DNA from: Narcine bancroftii
Taxonomy: Eukaryota
Assembly: GCF_036971445.1 (NCBI RefSeq)
Contig: NC_091472.1
Location: forward strand, 171,492,001 to 171,556,000
Direction: 5' to 3'
DNA length: 64,000 nucleotides
Shown: positions 40,357 to 52,266 of the stretch, in pieces
How positions within the stretch are numbered: the first letter of the stretch is position 1
How the letters are laid out: the number at the start of each line of letters is the position of its first letter
Notes under the pieces: model-generated
What the model was told of the DNA's origin: nothing
Seen by the model: only the letters and a program-made list of their open reading frames with translations
Databases searched by the model: none
Program-made: the position numbers and the translations under genes

Positions 40357-40794
40357 AAGAACAGTTTCCTGAGATGGTGCAAGGCATCAGTAAGTAAAGT
40401 CTCTTCCGTTATTTGAGTTCTTTAAGAAGGCTCTCAAGAGTGGAAAGAAGATGGAGACAAAAGGAGAAAAATCAAAATCAACGGAAAGAAGAGAGGAAGA
40501 GAAGACAACGGAGGAAAAAGGTGAAGGCCTTACCTGTCCGAAGAGGCCCGCTGTGGAGAGAGGGCCCCACTACCTCAGGTCGGTAGAAAAAGAACTACAA
40601 CAATGGCTCACAGAGCCGAGTAAAAGTGCGCAACCGCGCATGAAAAAAAACACACCGACGGGAGGGGGGACCAGCTGGGGAGTCGATCTCCACAGCCGGC
40701 AACGACAGCTGCAGAACACCTGCAGCAAGAAGAGACCACAGAAGACAATGGAAACAAGAAAGAAGAGGAGGAAAGGGCATCAAAGAAACAACAG

Positions 40795-41640
40795 ATGGCC
40801 AACCCAGAGAAAGAAGAAGAGGAAGAATACAGTGAAATAGATAAAGGGAAAGGCAAGGTAAAGGATATACTTGCTCTTGTTAGAGGATACATGGAGTCAT
40901 TTAAAGAATGGCAAACACAGGAATTCAATGATTTAAGAAGAAGAATAAACAACACAGAAGAGAAAATAAATAAAATGGATATGACCTTAACAGAAATGGG
41001 GAAAAAAATGGACAAGATGGAAGAACGGGCAATAGCAGCAGAAATGGAGGTAGAAGACTTAAAAAAGAAATTGGAGGAATCTAATAAAAAAACTAAAGAG
41101 ACACAAGAATTACTAGCCCAAAAAATAGATATAATGGAAAATTATAACAGAAGAAATAACATAAAGATAGTGGGCCTTAAGGAAGACGAAGAAGGCAAGA
41201 ATATGAGGGAGTTTATAAAAGAATGGATCCCTAAGGCCCTAGGATGTCCAGAACTACAGCAAGAAATGGAAATAGAAAGGGCACATAGAGCATTGGCCCC
41301 TAAACCACAACCACAACAAAAACCAAGATCTATTGTAGTAAAATTCCTAAGATATACTACAAGAGAAAAGGTACTGGAGAAGACAATGGAAAAAGTAAGA
41401 GAGGGCAACAAACCACTGGAGTATAAAGGGCAAAAAATCTTCATTTATCCAGATATAAGCTTTGAACTCCTAAAGAAGAGAAAAGAGTTCAATACAGCAA
41501 AAGCGATTTTATGGAAGAAAGGATATAAATTTACACTGAAGCATCCTGCGGTATTGAAAATATTTATTCCAGGACAACAAAACAGACTATTCTCGGATCC
41601 AGAAGAAGCACGAAAATTTGCAGAACAATTACAAAAATAG
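40795..41640 (+). CDS. LINE-1 ORF1 protein (coiled coil, RRM, CTD)
   Basis: Heptad-rich coiled coil, ENYNRRNNIKIVGLKE, EIERAHR, PRSIVVKF, IFIYPDIS motifs; may be longer at the N-terminus (see findings). Confidence 0.93.
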   Translation: MANPEKEEEEEYSEIDKGKGKVKDILALVRGYMESFKEWQTQEFNDLRRRINNTEEKINKMDMTLTEMGKKMDKMEERAIAAEMEVEDLKKKLEESNKKTKETQELLAQKIDIMENYNRRNNIKIVGLKEDEEGKNMREFIKEWIPKALGCPELQQEMEIERAHRALAPKPQPQQKPRSIVVKFLRYTTREKVLEKTMEKVREGNKPLEYKGQKIFIYPDISFELLKKRKEFNTAKAILWKKGYKFTLKHPAVLKIFIPGQQNRLFSDPEEARKFAEQLQK

Positions 41641-42239
41641 ACTGAGGGATGAAGACGGGTAATGAGAGCAAAAATGATCACGATTGATATGTATGTGGGT
41701 AAAGACAAAAATAGACTGAGGGATGAAGACGGGTAAGGAGGGTAAAAATGACCACGATTGATATCTATGCGGGTAAAGAGGTATAAGAGTGAATAGAGAC
41801 AATGGGCATATGTGAAAGTATCTGTAATTAGAGGAAAACATAGAGAGTATAGACAAGAATTAATAAGGGAAGGTAAGGGAATAGAGAGAATAAGGAGGGA
41901 ATTAAAAGAGTGATCTTTGTGACATATAAAAAGCGAAATCTTTTCTGGGGGGGGCTGGGTGGGGGAAAAGAGCGGTCACTGCAAAATCAGTTGACGCTTG
42001 CGAGTGGATTCGCAAATCCAAATGGAGAGGGGAGATGTGGTTGTCCGACAAGGGATAAAGGGCAACTCAGGAGGGGAAGGGGAGATTGGGGATAAAGAAG
42101 ATAGAAATAGGAGAATAAGGAAAATGTTGGATGTTGTAGGAATGTTGTCTGGTAAAGAGTTGAAAATAAGAAAACAGAAATGGAAAAGGAGGAAAGGTAA
42201 TGAAGGAAAAACGGAAAGAGAAGATAAACAAAATATGAA

Positions 42240-45200
42240 ATGGCTACGCTGAACTATATGACTCTAAATATTAATGGAATACATAACCAAATTAAAAGGA
42301 AGAAACTACTAAATTTACTGAAAAAGGAAAAAATAGATATAGCATTTGTCCAAGAAACACACTTAACTGAATTGGAGCACAAGAAATTAAAGAGAGATTG
42401 GGTAGGACATGTAACAGCAGCATCGTATAATTCAAAAGCAAGAGGAGTGGCTATATTAATTAGCAAAAATGTGCCATTTAAAATAGAAGAGGAAATAATA
42501 GATCCAGCAGGGAGATATGTTATGATAAAATGTCAGATATATTCAGAGCTTTGGAATCTACTTAATATATATTCACCTAACGAAGAAGATCAAAAGTTTA
42601 TGCAAGATATCTTTTTGAAGGTAGCTAATACGCAAGGGAACATACTAATAGGAGGGGATTTCAATCTGAATTTGGATCCAAATATGGATAAAACGGGGAA
42701 AAAAATTAACAGGAAGAACAAAGTAACCAAATTTATAATTAAATCAATGCAAGAAATGAAACTTGTGGACATATGGAGGAAACAAAACCCAAAAGAAAAG
42801 GAATACTCATACTACTCGACTAGACATAAAACATACTCAAGGATAGACCTATTCCTGTTATCAGCCCACATTCAAGGGAGAGTTAGGAAAACGGAATATA
42901 AAGCTAGACTATTATCGGACCACTCACCCCTGTTATTGGCAATAGAGCTAGAGGACATCCCTCCAAGAATGTATAGATGGAGATTAAACCCCATGCTACT
43001 TAAAAGACAGGATTTTAGAGAATTTATTGAAAAACAATTAAAAATGTACTTTGAAGTAAATACGGAATCAGTGGAAGATAAGTTTATACTATGGGATGCA
43101 ATGAAAGCATTCATTAGAGGGCAAATAATAAGTTATGCAACCAAGATGAAGAAGGACTATAATCAGGAAACAGAGCAGTTGGAAAGGGAAATAATAAACA
43201 TAGAAAAAAAATTAGCAATAAAGGAAGATACAACCAAAAGAAGAGAATTGGCGGATAAAAAAATAAAATATGAAACATTACAAACATATAAGGTGGAGAA
43301 GAATATAATGAAGACAAAACAGAAATATTATGAACTAGGGGAAAAAACACACAAAATCCTAGCATGGCAGCTTAAGACAGAGCAAACTAAGAAAATGGTA
43401 TTGGCAACAAGGAAAAAAGACAAACAAATTACATATAATCCAAAAGAAATTAAGGAAAACTTCAGAGAATTCTATGAACAATTATACCGAACCGAAAACG
43501 AAGGGAAAGAAGGGAAAATAGATGAATTTTTGACTAAAATTGAACTACCAAAACTACAAATAGAGGAACAAAATAAATTAACAGAACCATTTGGAACAGT
43601 AGAAATACAAGAGATAATAAAAAATTTACCAAATAATAAGACACCAGGAGAGGATGGACTCCCAATAGAATTCTACAAAACATTTAAAGACCTAATAATA
43701 CCGCCCCTCCTGGATGTAATCAACCAGATTGATGAGACACAAAACTTACCAGATTCATGTAAAACAGCAATAATTACAGTGATACTAAAACAAGGGAAAG
43801 ATCCACTCTCACCAGCGTCATATAGACCAATATCTCTGCTAAACACAGATTATAAGATAATAGCTAAACTATTAGCAAACAGATTAGCAGAACAGGTACC
43901 GAAAATGGTAAATTTAGACCAAACTGGATTTATCAAAAAAAGACGCACAACAGACAATATTTGTAAATTTATTAACTTAATTCATGCAGTAGAAGGAAAT
44001 AAAGCACCGGCAGTAGCAGTTGCTTTAGACGCAGAGAAGGCCTTCGACAGAGTAGAATGGAATTACTTGTTCAAAGTATTGCAAAAATTCAGTTTACCGG
44101 AGAAGTATATTAATTGGATTAAAGCATTATATAAGGGACCGTTAGCGAAAGTGACAGTAAATGGACATGTATCAAAGCAATTTAACTTTAGCAGGTCAAC
44201 GCGGCAGGGATGCCCACTATCACCATTATTGTTTGCGCTAGCTATAGAACCACTAGCAGAATCGATAAGAAGAGATAATAATATAAAAGGAATAAAAATA
44301 AAAGACAGGGAATATAAAATCAGTCTGTTTGCGGATGATGTGATAGTGTACTTAACAGAACCAGAACTATCAATAAAAGAACTATATAAGAAATTGAAGG
44401 AATATGGAGAAGTGTCGGGATACAAGATAAACATAAATAAAAGTGAAGCAATGCCTATGAATAACGCGGATTTCTCAAAATTTAAGGAGGAATCCCCATT
44501 CAGATGGCAAACGCAGGCAATAAGATACCTAGGTGTGCAAATAAACAAAAATCTAGGCCAATTATATAAACTCAATTACAATCCACTAATGAAAAAATTA
44601 CAGGACGATTTAGAGCATTGGAAAGAGCTACCACTAACACTGATAGGAAGGATAAACTGTATTAAAATGAACATTTTTCCAAGGATACTATACTTATTTC
44701 AGGCATTGCCAATACAACTGACAGAAAAATTCTTCAAAGAGTTAAAGAAAATAATAAGGAGATTTTTATGGAGAGGGGGGAAACCGAGGATAGCACTAGA
44801 TAAATTAACAGAATGGTATAAACAAGGAGGCTTACAATTGCCAAACTTCAAAAATTATTATAGAGCCGCACAATTAAGGTACCTATCAGATTTTTATCAA
44901 ACAAGGGAAAAACCAGACTGGACGAGACTAGAATTAGATAAAATAGGGGAAAAGATACCTGAACACATATTATATAAATGGGACGAAAAATTGGTACAAC
45001 ATAGAACTTCTCCAGTATTACACCATCTCCTCAATATATGGAAGAAGATTCATGTAGAAAGAAATAAAATAAATTACCAAATACCAAAACTAATATTGAC
45101 GCAAAATAAGCTACTCCCTTTTACAATAGACAACCTTGCCTTTAGAAAATGGGAAAAAAAAGGGATTGAAAGAATAGAAAATTGTTTTTCAGGAAGTAGA

Positions 45201-46037
45201 TTCTTATCCTTTGAACAAATGAGAGATAAGTACAATATAACTGGAGATACAGCGCTGGCATATTACCAACTGAGATCCTACTTGAAAGATAAATTAGGAA
45301 GCAACTTGAGTTTACCAGAGGGAAGTAACCTTGAATATGTGATTACAGATACAATGTTAATCAAAAGATTTATAAAAAATATGTATATTAAACTGCAAGA
45401 AAAGGAAAATGAGGAAACAAATGGTAAAACTAAACAAAAATGGGAACAAGATTTAAATATAAAGATAAAAAAGGAAACATGGGAGAAGTTATGCTCTGGA
45501 ACGATGAGAAATACAATAAATACGAGGCTGCGTATGATACAATATAATTGGTTACACAGACTATACATTACACCGCAAAAGTTAAATAAATGGGACCCAA
45601 CAGTATCTGATAGATGTTTTCGATGTAAAAAAGAAAGGGGAACAACAATTCATGCAATCTGGACATGTGAGAGAGTAGAAAAATTTTGGGATGATCTCAA
45701 TCAGATATTAAATAAAATAACAGAAAACAATATACCAAAGAATCCAGAGATCTTTCTCCTAAGTAACATAAAAAATAAAGAATTTGGAATTGACTTGGAA
45801 GATGCACAAAAAAGATTTGTCAAGATAGCCCTAGCCATAGCAAAAAAATGTATTATGTCAACCTGGAAATTGGAAGATAATTTGAAAATACAACAATGGT
45901 ATATAGAAATGAATAAATGTATTCCATTAGAAAAAATAACATATAGTTTAAGAAATAATATTGAAATATTCGAACAAGTATGGGAGCCCTACATTAAATA
46001 CAATAGCGAAAACCTACCGGGAACAAACATTACCTAA
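42240..46037 (+). CDS. LINE-1 ORF2 protein (APE endonuclease, RT, C-terminal CCHC), 1265 aa
   Basis: TLNINGI, VQETH, GGDFN, SRIDLF, SDHSP (EN); PGEDG, YRPISLLN, DAEKAFD, RQGCPLSP, LFADD, YLG (RT); CFRC..H..WTC. Confidence 0.97.
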   Translation: MATLNYMTLNINGIHNQIKRKKLLNLLKKEKIDIAFVQETHLTELEHKKLKRDWVGHVTAASYNSKARGVAILISKNVPFKIEEEIIDPAGRYVMIKCQIYSELWNLLNIYSPNEEDQKFMQDIFLKVANTQGNILIGGDFNLNLDPNMDKTGKKINRKNKVTKFIIKSMQEMKLVDIWRKQNPKEKEYSYYSTRHKTYSRIDLFLLSAHIQGRVRKTEYKARLLSDHSPLLLAIELEDIPPRMYRWRLNPMLLKRQDFREFIEKQLKMYFEVNTESVEDKFILWDAMKAFIRGQIISYATKMKKDYNQETEQLEREIINIEKKLAIKEDTTKRRELADKKIKYETLQTYKVEKNIMKTKQKYYELGEKTHKILAWQLKTEQTKKMVLATRKKDKQITYNPKEIKENFREFYEQLYRTENEGKEGKIDEFLTKIELPKLQIEEQNKLTEPFGTVEIQEIIKNLPNNKTPGEDGLPIEFYKTFKDLIIPPLLDVINQIDETQNLPDSCKTAIITVILKQGKDPLSPASYRPISLLNTDYKIIAKLLANRLAEQVPKMVNLDQTGFIKKRRTTDNICKFINLIHAVEGNKAPAVAVALDAEKAFDRVEWNYLFKVLQKFSLPEKYINWIKALYKGPLAKVTVNGHVSKQFNFSRSTRQGCPLSPLLFALAIEPLAESIRRDNNIKGIKIKDREYKISLFADDVIVYLTEPELSIKELYKKLKEYGEVSGYKININKSEAMPMNNADFSKFKEESPFRWQTQAIRYLGVQINKNLGQLYKLNYNPLMKKLQDDLEHWKELPLTLIGRINCIKMNIFPRILYLFQALPIQLTEKFFKELKKIIRRFLWRGGKPRIALDKLTEWYKQGGLQLPNFKNYYRAAQLRYLSDFYQTREKPDWTRLELDKIGEKIPEHILYKWDEKLVQHRTSPVLHHLLNIWKKIHVERNKINYQIPKLILTQNKLLPFTIDNLAFRKWEKKGIERIENCFSGSRFLSFEQMRDKYNITGDTALAYYQLRSYLKDKLGSNLSLPEGSNLEYVITDTMLIKRFIKNMYIKLQEKENEETNGKTKQKWEQDLNIKIKKETWEKLCSGTMRNTINTRLRMIQYNWLHRLYITPQKLNKWDPTVSDRCFRCKKERGTTIHAIWTCERVEKFWDDLNQILNKITENNIPKNPEIFLLSNIKNKEFGIDLEDAQKRFVKIALAIAKKCIMSTWKLEDNLKIQQWYIEMNKCIPLEKITYSLRNNIEIFEQVWEPYIKYNSENLPGTNIT

Positions 46038-46329
46038 ATTGATGGAAGGAGAAGAAAAGAAAAGAATGGACTCAGTAGAATTTCTGGTGTATTTTTGTTG
46101 AATGACAACATTGTCTAACTGAATTAATGCAACCTAGATTGTATACCTAAAATGCATGAGAGGGGGGGGGGGGGTGGGGGGGGTGGCTTGGGAGGAGGGA
46201 GGGGGGAGGGAGAAAAAGTCACTGTAAATGTGTGGAAAAGAAAAAGTGTATATCATGGCTATTGTGATTTATGGTGTGAAAAATAAAAAAATTAAAAAAA
46301 AAAAAAAAAAAGAAGGCTCTCAAGAAACA

Positions 46330-47220
46330 CAGGGACATTACAGTTACATCATAATTAAACTATTTCTTAGAAAAATATTTGTCCAAAGTTGATTGCGCAG
46401 ATTTTGATTCTTCTAAATTGTTATGGACTTCCATGTTTCTTTCCATGTTAGGATCGACATTATATAAAAATCCTTCGTGGCTTCAACAAGTTCAAATCCT
46501 TTTTTAAAAATTTCTGGAAGTTTTGCACCAGCATTTTTTTCAGCTATCCCTATAATTCTTACATTGTGTAATCCTGTTCGATGTTTAAAGCAGTCAAACC
46601 AACCTAATCTTGCAACAAGGGTTTCCGCATCCCCTTGAAATGTATTTTCTTTAAGCATCAAAATGATGCTTAAAGATTTGGTTTTAAAGTTTTTTGTACA
46701 AAGTGGTGTTTGGTTACAATCTTCAGTCCAAAGATGAAGTAGCCATTCCATTTCAATCATTAATGGACTTGTGTTTCGAGTAGTTTTCATGCTTAGAGAA
46801 ACTGATGCAGCTTTACCTTGCTCTTTACATTCGTGCTTCTTGCTTAAAATTGTCCGTACTGTTGATTAATTGTAGCCCAGATCATGTCCGATTTTCATAT
46901 TGCTGGCACCGTCTTCTTGTCATTTAATAAGTTTTTCTTCTAAAGTAATTACTTTTCTTTTCCTTTTACTATCACTGTTAGATTCTTTTCCATATTTTAA
47001 TAGGGGGCACACACTGAGTCTGACTGTCATCTGCACATATTTTATTGAGGGCTATTCATGCAATCTACTTGTAACTCGAGTTTTCTAGAAATTTCCAGAA
47101 AGATCTCACGATAACTGAATAACTACATGCGTAAAATAGGAAATGGTCGCAGTTTTACAAGTTGAGGTAAATGAATTTTGCCTTGATTGAAGTAGCGTAG
47201 AGGGGCATTTGCCTATACTG
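46330..47220 (-). mobile_element. Degenerate Tigger/pogo transposase remnant
   Basis: EMEWLLHLWTED...GWFDCFKHRTGLHNVRI (CENP-B-type HTH); C-terminal AQSTLDKYFSKK* near 46360-46400; boundaries approximate. Confidence 0.72.
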
Positions 47221-48489
47221 CATACGCATCTGTGCAAAGCCACACAGGCCATCACCTGCAGGCAACAGTTCTCAGAATGTAAACTGTTCTCAGAAATCAA
47301 CTTTCAGTCCTTTACACTTATATTTATGGAATGGGTTTCATTCTCATACAACAATTTCTTGCACAATTGAAATCAGCCTTTCTCCCATTAAAAATGTTAT
47401 GATGAAGATCAGCCTTTTTTTAACAGCCATGTGCAGTGAACTGGGATTCACTGGTAGTGTTGTGCTAATGGCTGACCTTGCCTCCCAGTTCTGCCCCCAT
47501 CTGCTCACATATAATCCTAGTTTCCCACCTAAATCAGAACCCTTATGATAGACCCAACCCTTAGTTATAAGCTAATAAAAGCATTTGTTCTCCCTCCAGT
47601 CATGAGACCTTTTATTCATGCTACACCATGAAACTTGCAGAATTATCCTAACTGTTCCCCATCACCTGCCCAATTTCATTTTCGAAGGTAACTACCCCGT
47701 CTCTCGTAGGACCGTCAACAAATTGTTTCAAAAAGTTAACAGCATCCCAATGAGAATTCAGGAATAAAAATATTTTACAATTAAACAGGAATTTTCTGAA
47801 ACTAAGCCTGGAGTATTGTGGAACGTAGCAACTTTGGTGTATCACTTTCCCCATGTGATGTATATTGCCAGGTATTGTTTTTCCTTTTGACCAGTATGAT
47901 GTATCATTAAACAAGGGAAATAGATTAATCTCCTTCTGAAATGTGCTGAAAAGGCTTGCATGGAGATCAGCTACAGATTCTATCTATATTGTCATGTCAT
48001 AAAACAGAAATGTAATATTGCATGGATTTGAATTTAGTCTGCAATAAGGCAAAGATCCACCATTAGCATTAACCGACACCCCTTACAATAAGAGAGAAAG
48101 AGAAGCAAAAGGGAGTCTCTTCAGCGACCCTGAGTTTCTGTGGATTTATCTCCAGCGCTCCTGCAGCCTCTGTAGCTGCACAAACCATCGGCGATCTGAG
48201 CCTAGATCCAAACCTCCAACACAATGAGTCATGTTTCAACAGTATGTAGTTACAAATGAAGCAAAGTTGTAATGTGCCAAGTCAGAGGTTGAGGAGCTGT
48301 CCCTGGAGCATGTGTTGAACTTCAATGCAACATATAATTAACCAAAGACAGAGAACCCTGTTCCAGCCAATCGAGACTCCACCTCAGCTAGTTTCAGTCT
48401 TGTAGCCCACATTTCCAGTGTTCAGCTTCTCCCCTCCCCCCCATAAAGGACAGAGATGCAGAAAGAGGCCTTTCTGCTGACTAGGTTCA

Positions 48490-49270
48490 TTGAATATTAC
48501 AGCATAGTATACCCCCTTAACCCCATGATGTTGTCCCGATCTATATAAACCGAATCCACAACAATCTAATCCTTCCTTAACTCACACCCATAACCCTCTA
48601 TTTTTCTTACATTGGTGTGCCTTTTAAATATCTCCATTGTACCAGCCTCTCCTACCACCCCCAGCAATGCATTCCAGGCACCCACCACACTGTGTTAAAA
48701 AAAATGACCTCGGACATCTTCCCAAAATTTCACAAATTGCCTTAAACAGATGTTCACTGTATTTTCTATGGCTGCCCCAGGAAAAAAGTGCTGGCTGACC
48801 ACCATATCTGTGCCCCTCATAATCTTATATACGTCTATTAAGTCACCTCATCCTTCGTTGCTCCAAAGAGAAAAGCCCTCACTCGGTCAATCTTGCTTCA
48901 TATGACACATTCCCCAATCCAGACAACATCTCCTCTGCACCCTCTCTAAAGGTTCTACATCCTGTAATGAAGCAACCAGAACTGAATACAATAGTCCAAA
49001 TGTGGTTTAATCTGAGCTTTACACAGCTGCAATGTTAACTTGGGGCTCTTGAACTTAATTCCCCAACTCACAAAGTATGATGTACTGACATCATACGCAT
49101 TCTTAATTACCCTATCAACTTGTGCGGCAACCTTGAGGGATCTATAGGCAGACCCCAAGATCCTTTTGTTCCTCCACACTGGTAAGAATCCTGCCATTAG
49201 CTATATACTCCCTTCAAATTCAACCTTTCAAAGTTCATCACTTCACACTGATCCGGATTGAACTCCATGT
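48490..49270 (-). mobile_element. CR1-like LINE 3' fragment
   Basis: SLKVAAQVDRVIKNAY...KPHLDYCIQFW motif typical of the CR1 ORF2 C-terminus. Confidence 0.75.
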
Positions 49271-51238
49271 GCCACTTCTCCATGCTGAACATCAAATACC
49301 CAATTGCATTAATCTTGTGTTAGTCCCAATGTTTTTATTTTTTTCACATCCTCAACAATTCCTCCAGATTCTACCACTCAGCAGGGACAAGTTACAACAG
49401 TCAATACACTTACCTGCACACCTTTGGATGTGGGAGGAAATGGGAGTCCCTGGATTAAACCGCCATGGTCAAAGGGAGAATGTGAAAACTCCACGCATAT
49501 GGCACCTATGTTTGGGACAGAACCCAGGCATCAAGCATTGTGAGGCAGTGGCTCTACTGACTTTCTGGTATCTAAGATTTCACCTGTCTCCATGATGTAC
49601 ACATCCTTACTACTCTTCTTCAGATGGTAATTATGTCACCAAGTCTATCACAGATCTTCCCTTTTGCCATACAAGATCCTGATAGGTGGACGTTCAGAAT
49701 TTTTTCACCAGGGTAAATTTGTCGTGTATCAGATGACATTCATTGAAGGTGAGGGGAGGAGTGTTTAAGGAAAATGAGGACAAAGTGGTGAACATCTGGA
49801 ATGGGCTGCCAGGAGCAGATACAATAGAAGCATTGAAGAAACTTCAAGATAGGCACATAAATATGAAGAAGATGGAGGGAAGTTTTAGTTTGATTTGGAC
49901 ATTGTGCTTTGCATAGACACAAGGGTGGAAGGCCCTGTTCCTGTGCTGGTTTACCTGCCAGCCATTTTCTTTTAAAAAGTTCAATTACTGAATGCCATTG
50001 GAAAGCCTGTTTACTGGCTCTCCATTCAAGGATCTTTATTGCTAATATGTACAAATACACAAAATGTGCTTGCCTGTAAAGGCTCTGAAAGAGGCGCCAC
50101 TAGTCCAGCACCCCTACCAAGAAGAAACAGGGAAGCAGAGTCCCTTCAGAAAGTGTCTGTGGATCCCATCACTACCTGCCAGCTCTTATACTCCTGTAAC
50201 GTCCGTAGCCACATGGTTTTTCGATCATTCTGAGGATGAACTGAAGCTCCACCCTCCTCTGCCCTTGGTTGCACCCTGATACAATAAGGAAGATTGTTAA
50301 TACCAGAGGCCCGTTAGGAATCCTTCACACAATCGGCACTCTCACAAATCCCAGTCCCAATACCTAGTTCCCACAAGCCAGCCTCCAGCAGCCCTCATTG
50401 AGGCCTCCAGCTGCCGAGCCCCTCTCGGGCTCCACTGTTTCAGTGAGGTGGTGCTCTCCCACTCTGGGCCATTGCACTGCAAGAGCCTACAATCTTCGAG
50501 GTCTGGGCCACCATCATGGGCCCAGAACTCCGTGGGGTCTCTGATGAAATGAAAACATCACCAGGCCCATTCTACACTGCAGCTTAACAGTGCCATTGGA
50601 CTTGACAATCACGCATTAGGACCTCATGGAGAATTGCTTAAAGACATATTTCCACTCCTCCTGGGTCCACACCAGTGGCAGAGTTACTATTACCGCAGCA
50701 GCTCCGCTTGCTGCCATTTTCACTTTTCCCAACTACCCAAGAAATTGGTGGCAAATCACTTATTAAATAACTAATCTTTCTGGTGAGCATACTTCCAAAT
50801 TAGAAAAACCTCCAGTTGCTTTCCTCTAGCAACAATTGCTACATCCACTGTAAAATTCTAGCCACACAATGCTTGAAACTTTATGGTAGATTAATTTCGG
50901 CAACTTTAGAAGTTGGATTTGTCAACCAATAAAGCTCAACTCTTCAAAATCCTAAGGGTCTTCAACCTAAAACGTTAACAGGTTCTTTCCACTGACACTG
51001 CCTGTTTTGAGTCATTCCCACAATATTTTATTCCAGATTTCCATTTTTTTAATTACATCATAAAAAGCAGCCAACACATATTACTTTCCACAGTACATTT
51101 ATTATGGTGTTCACATTTATTGAAGAACACTTGATTCAGATGTCGGCTCTTGCATGGAAAAAAATGCCCACATTTCAATAATTAGATTTGAACAAATGAT
51201 CCATTATCTCTGGAGCATTCTTCCCTGCTCCAGACATT

Positions 51239-51331
51239 TCAATGATTGTCTGAATCTTCATAGCCAGTGGGCAGAGGATTAGAATGGGGATTGTGGAAGA
51301 GGGTGTGGTTCCCATCACCCCAAGGGAATGG
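51239..51331 (-). CDS. COX6A1: COX6A1 exon 3
   Basis: ttttattcacag|[30 protein letters not shown]; minus-strand AATAAA at 51116-51121 and 51098-51103. Confidence 0.96.
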   Translation of the reverse strand, partial: PFPWGDGNHTLFHNPHSNPLPTGYEDSDNH

Positions 51332-51913
51332 CTGTGAATAAAAAGGTAGAACTGTACATTAGTATGACTATTCCAGAGAAAGAAACCACTTTAATTTTCA
51401 ATGTTCATACTCCCATAAAATAGAAGAGCCAATTCCCATTCTTCAACCCCACCATAATTTAAAGAAATATCCACAACACTACAAAAATTCACAAACAGCT
51501 CCAGTGAGACTGCCCATCTCTATCATACCCCTGGTGGAAGGAAAGGACAGAGGCTCACTATTTCCCCTTCCAGAGATCATCTTTTTTCTCCTTGGGACTA
51601 GTTTCAAAGCAGGCTGGTTATTACTTGGCCCATGTACAGGGATTGAGAGTTTGGAAAGAGCTGGTGCCTGCAGCAGTTCTTAGATTCTTGTTCCGCATGT
51701 TGTACCATCTTCCTAGAAGGGTTTGCCTTTCCTAGCCAATCAAGTGTCAAACACTGTTATAATCTCTTTGAATTGCATTGCAACTAAATCTTCAATTCCT
51801 TGGGTCACCATTTAATCCTATTGCCAGGAATTGAGGTAACAACTCATGGGTGTGGATTCTCAAGTTATGAATTCCACTAAATACCCAAACTGCATGCAGA
51901 ATGCAGATTACAC

Positions 51914-52266
51914 CAGTGGTTTTCAAACTTTTTCTTTCCACTCACATACCACCTTAAGTAATCCCAATGCCACAAGTGCTCTGTGATTAGTAAGGAATTA
52001 CTTAAGGTGGTATATGAGTGGAAAGAAAAAAAATTTGAAAACCAATGTTTTAATTGTACCTAATTGACTCATTATGTGCAGTTTCATAACGCCAAAGGAA
52101 ATGGGCCAATGACAATTTTTAACAAGCAAAATATTTCAGTAACAATTGGGTCTAGAGCAGTGATTCTCAACCTTCCCTTCCCATTCATTACCACCTTAAG
52201 CAATCCCTTACTAATCACAGAACACAGATGACATAGGGATTGCATAAGATGGCATGTGAGTAGAAA
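51914..52266. mobile_element. hAT/Charlie-like palindromic MITE, two adjacent inverted units
   Basis: CAGTGGTTTTCAAAC...TTTGAAAACCAATG long hairpin at 51914-52047; second related unit at 52158-52266. Confidence 0.7.

Larger units (their letters stand above)
40440..46309 (+). mobile_element. Near full-length L1/Tx1-clade LINE with intact ORFs
   Basis: 16-bp TSD AAGAAGGCTCTCAAGA at 40424-40439 and 46310-46325; ORF1, ORF2, G-rich 3' UTR, AATAAA and poly(A). Confidence 0.97.

Noticed and set aside
41142-45568. Hydrophobic minus-strand ORFs
   Set aside because: Antisense shadows of the A-rich L1 ORFs
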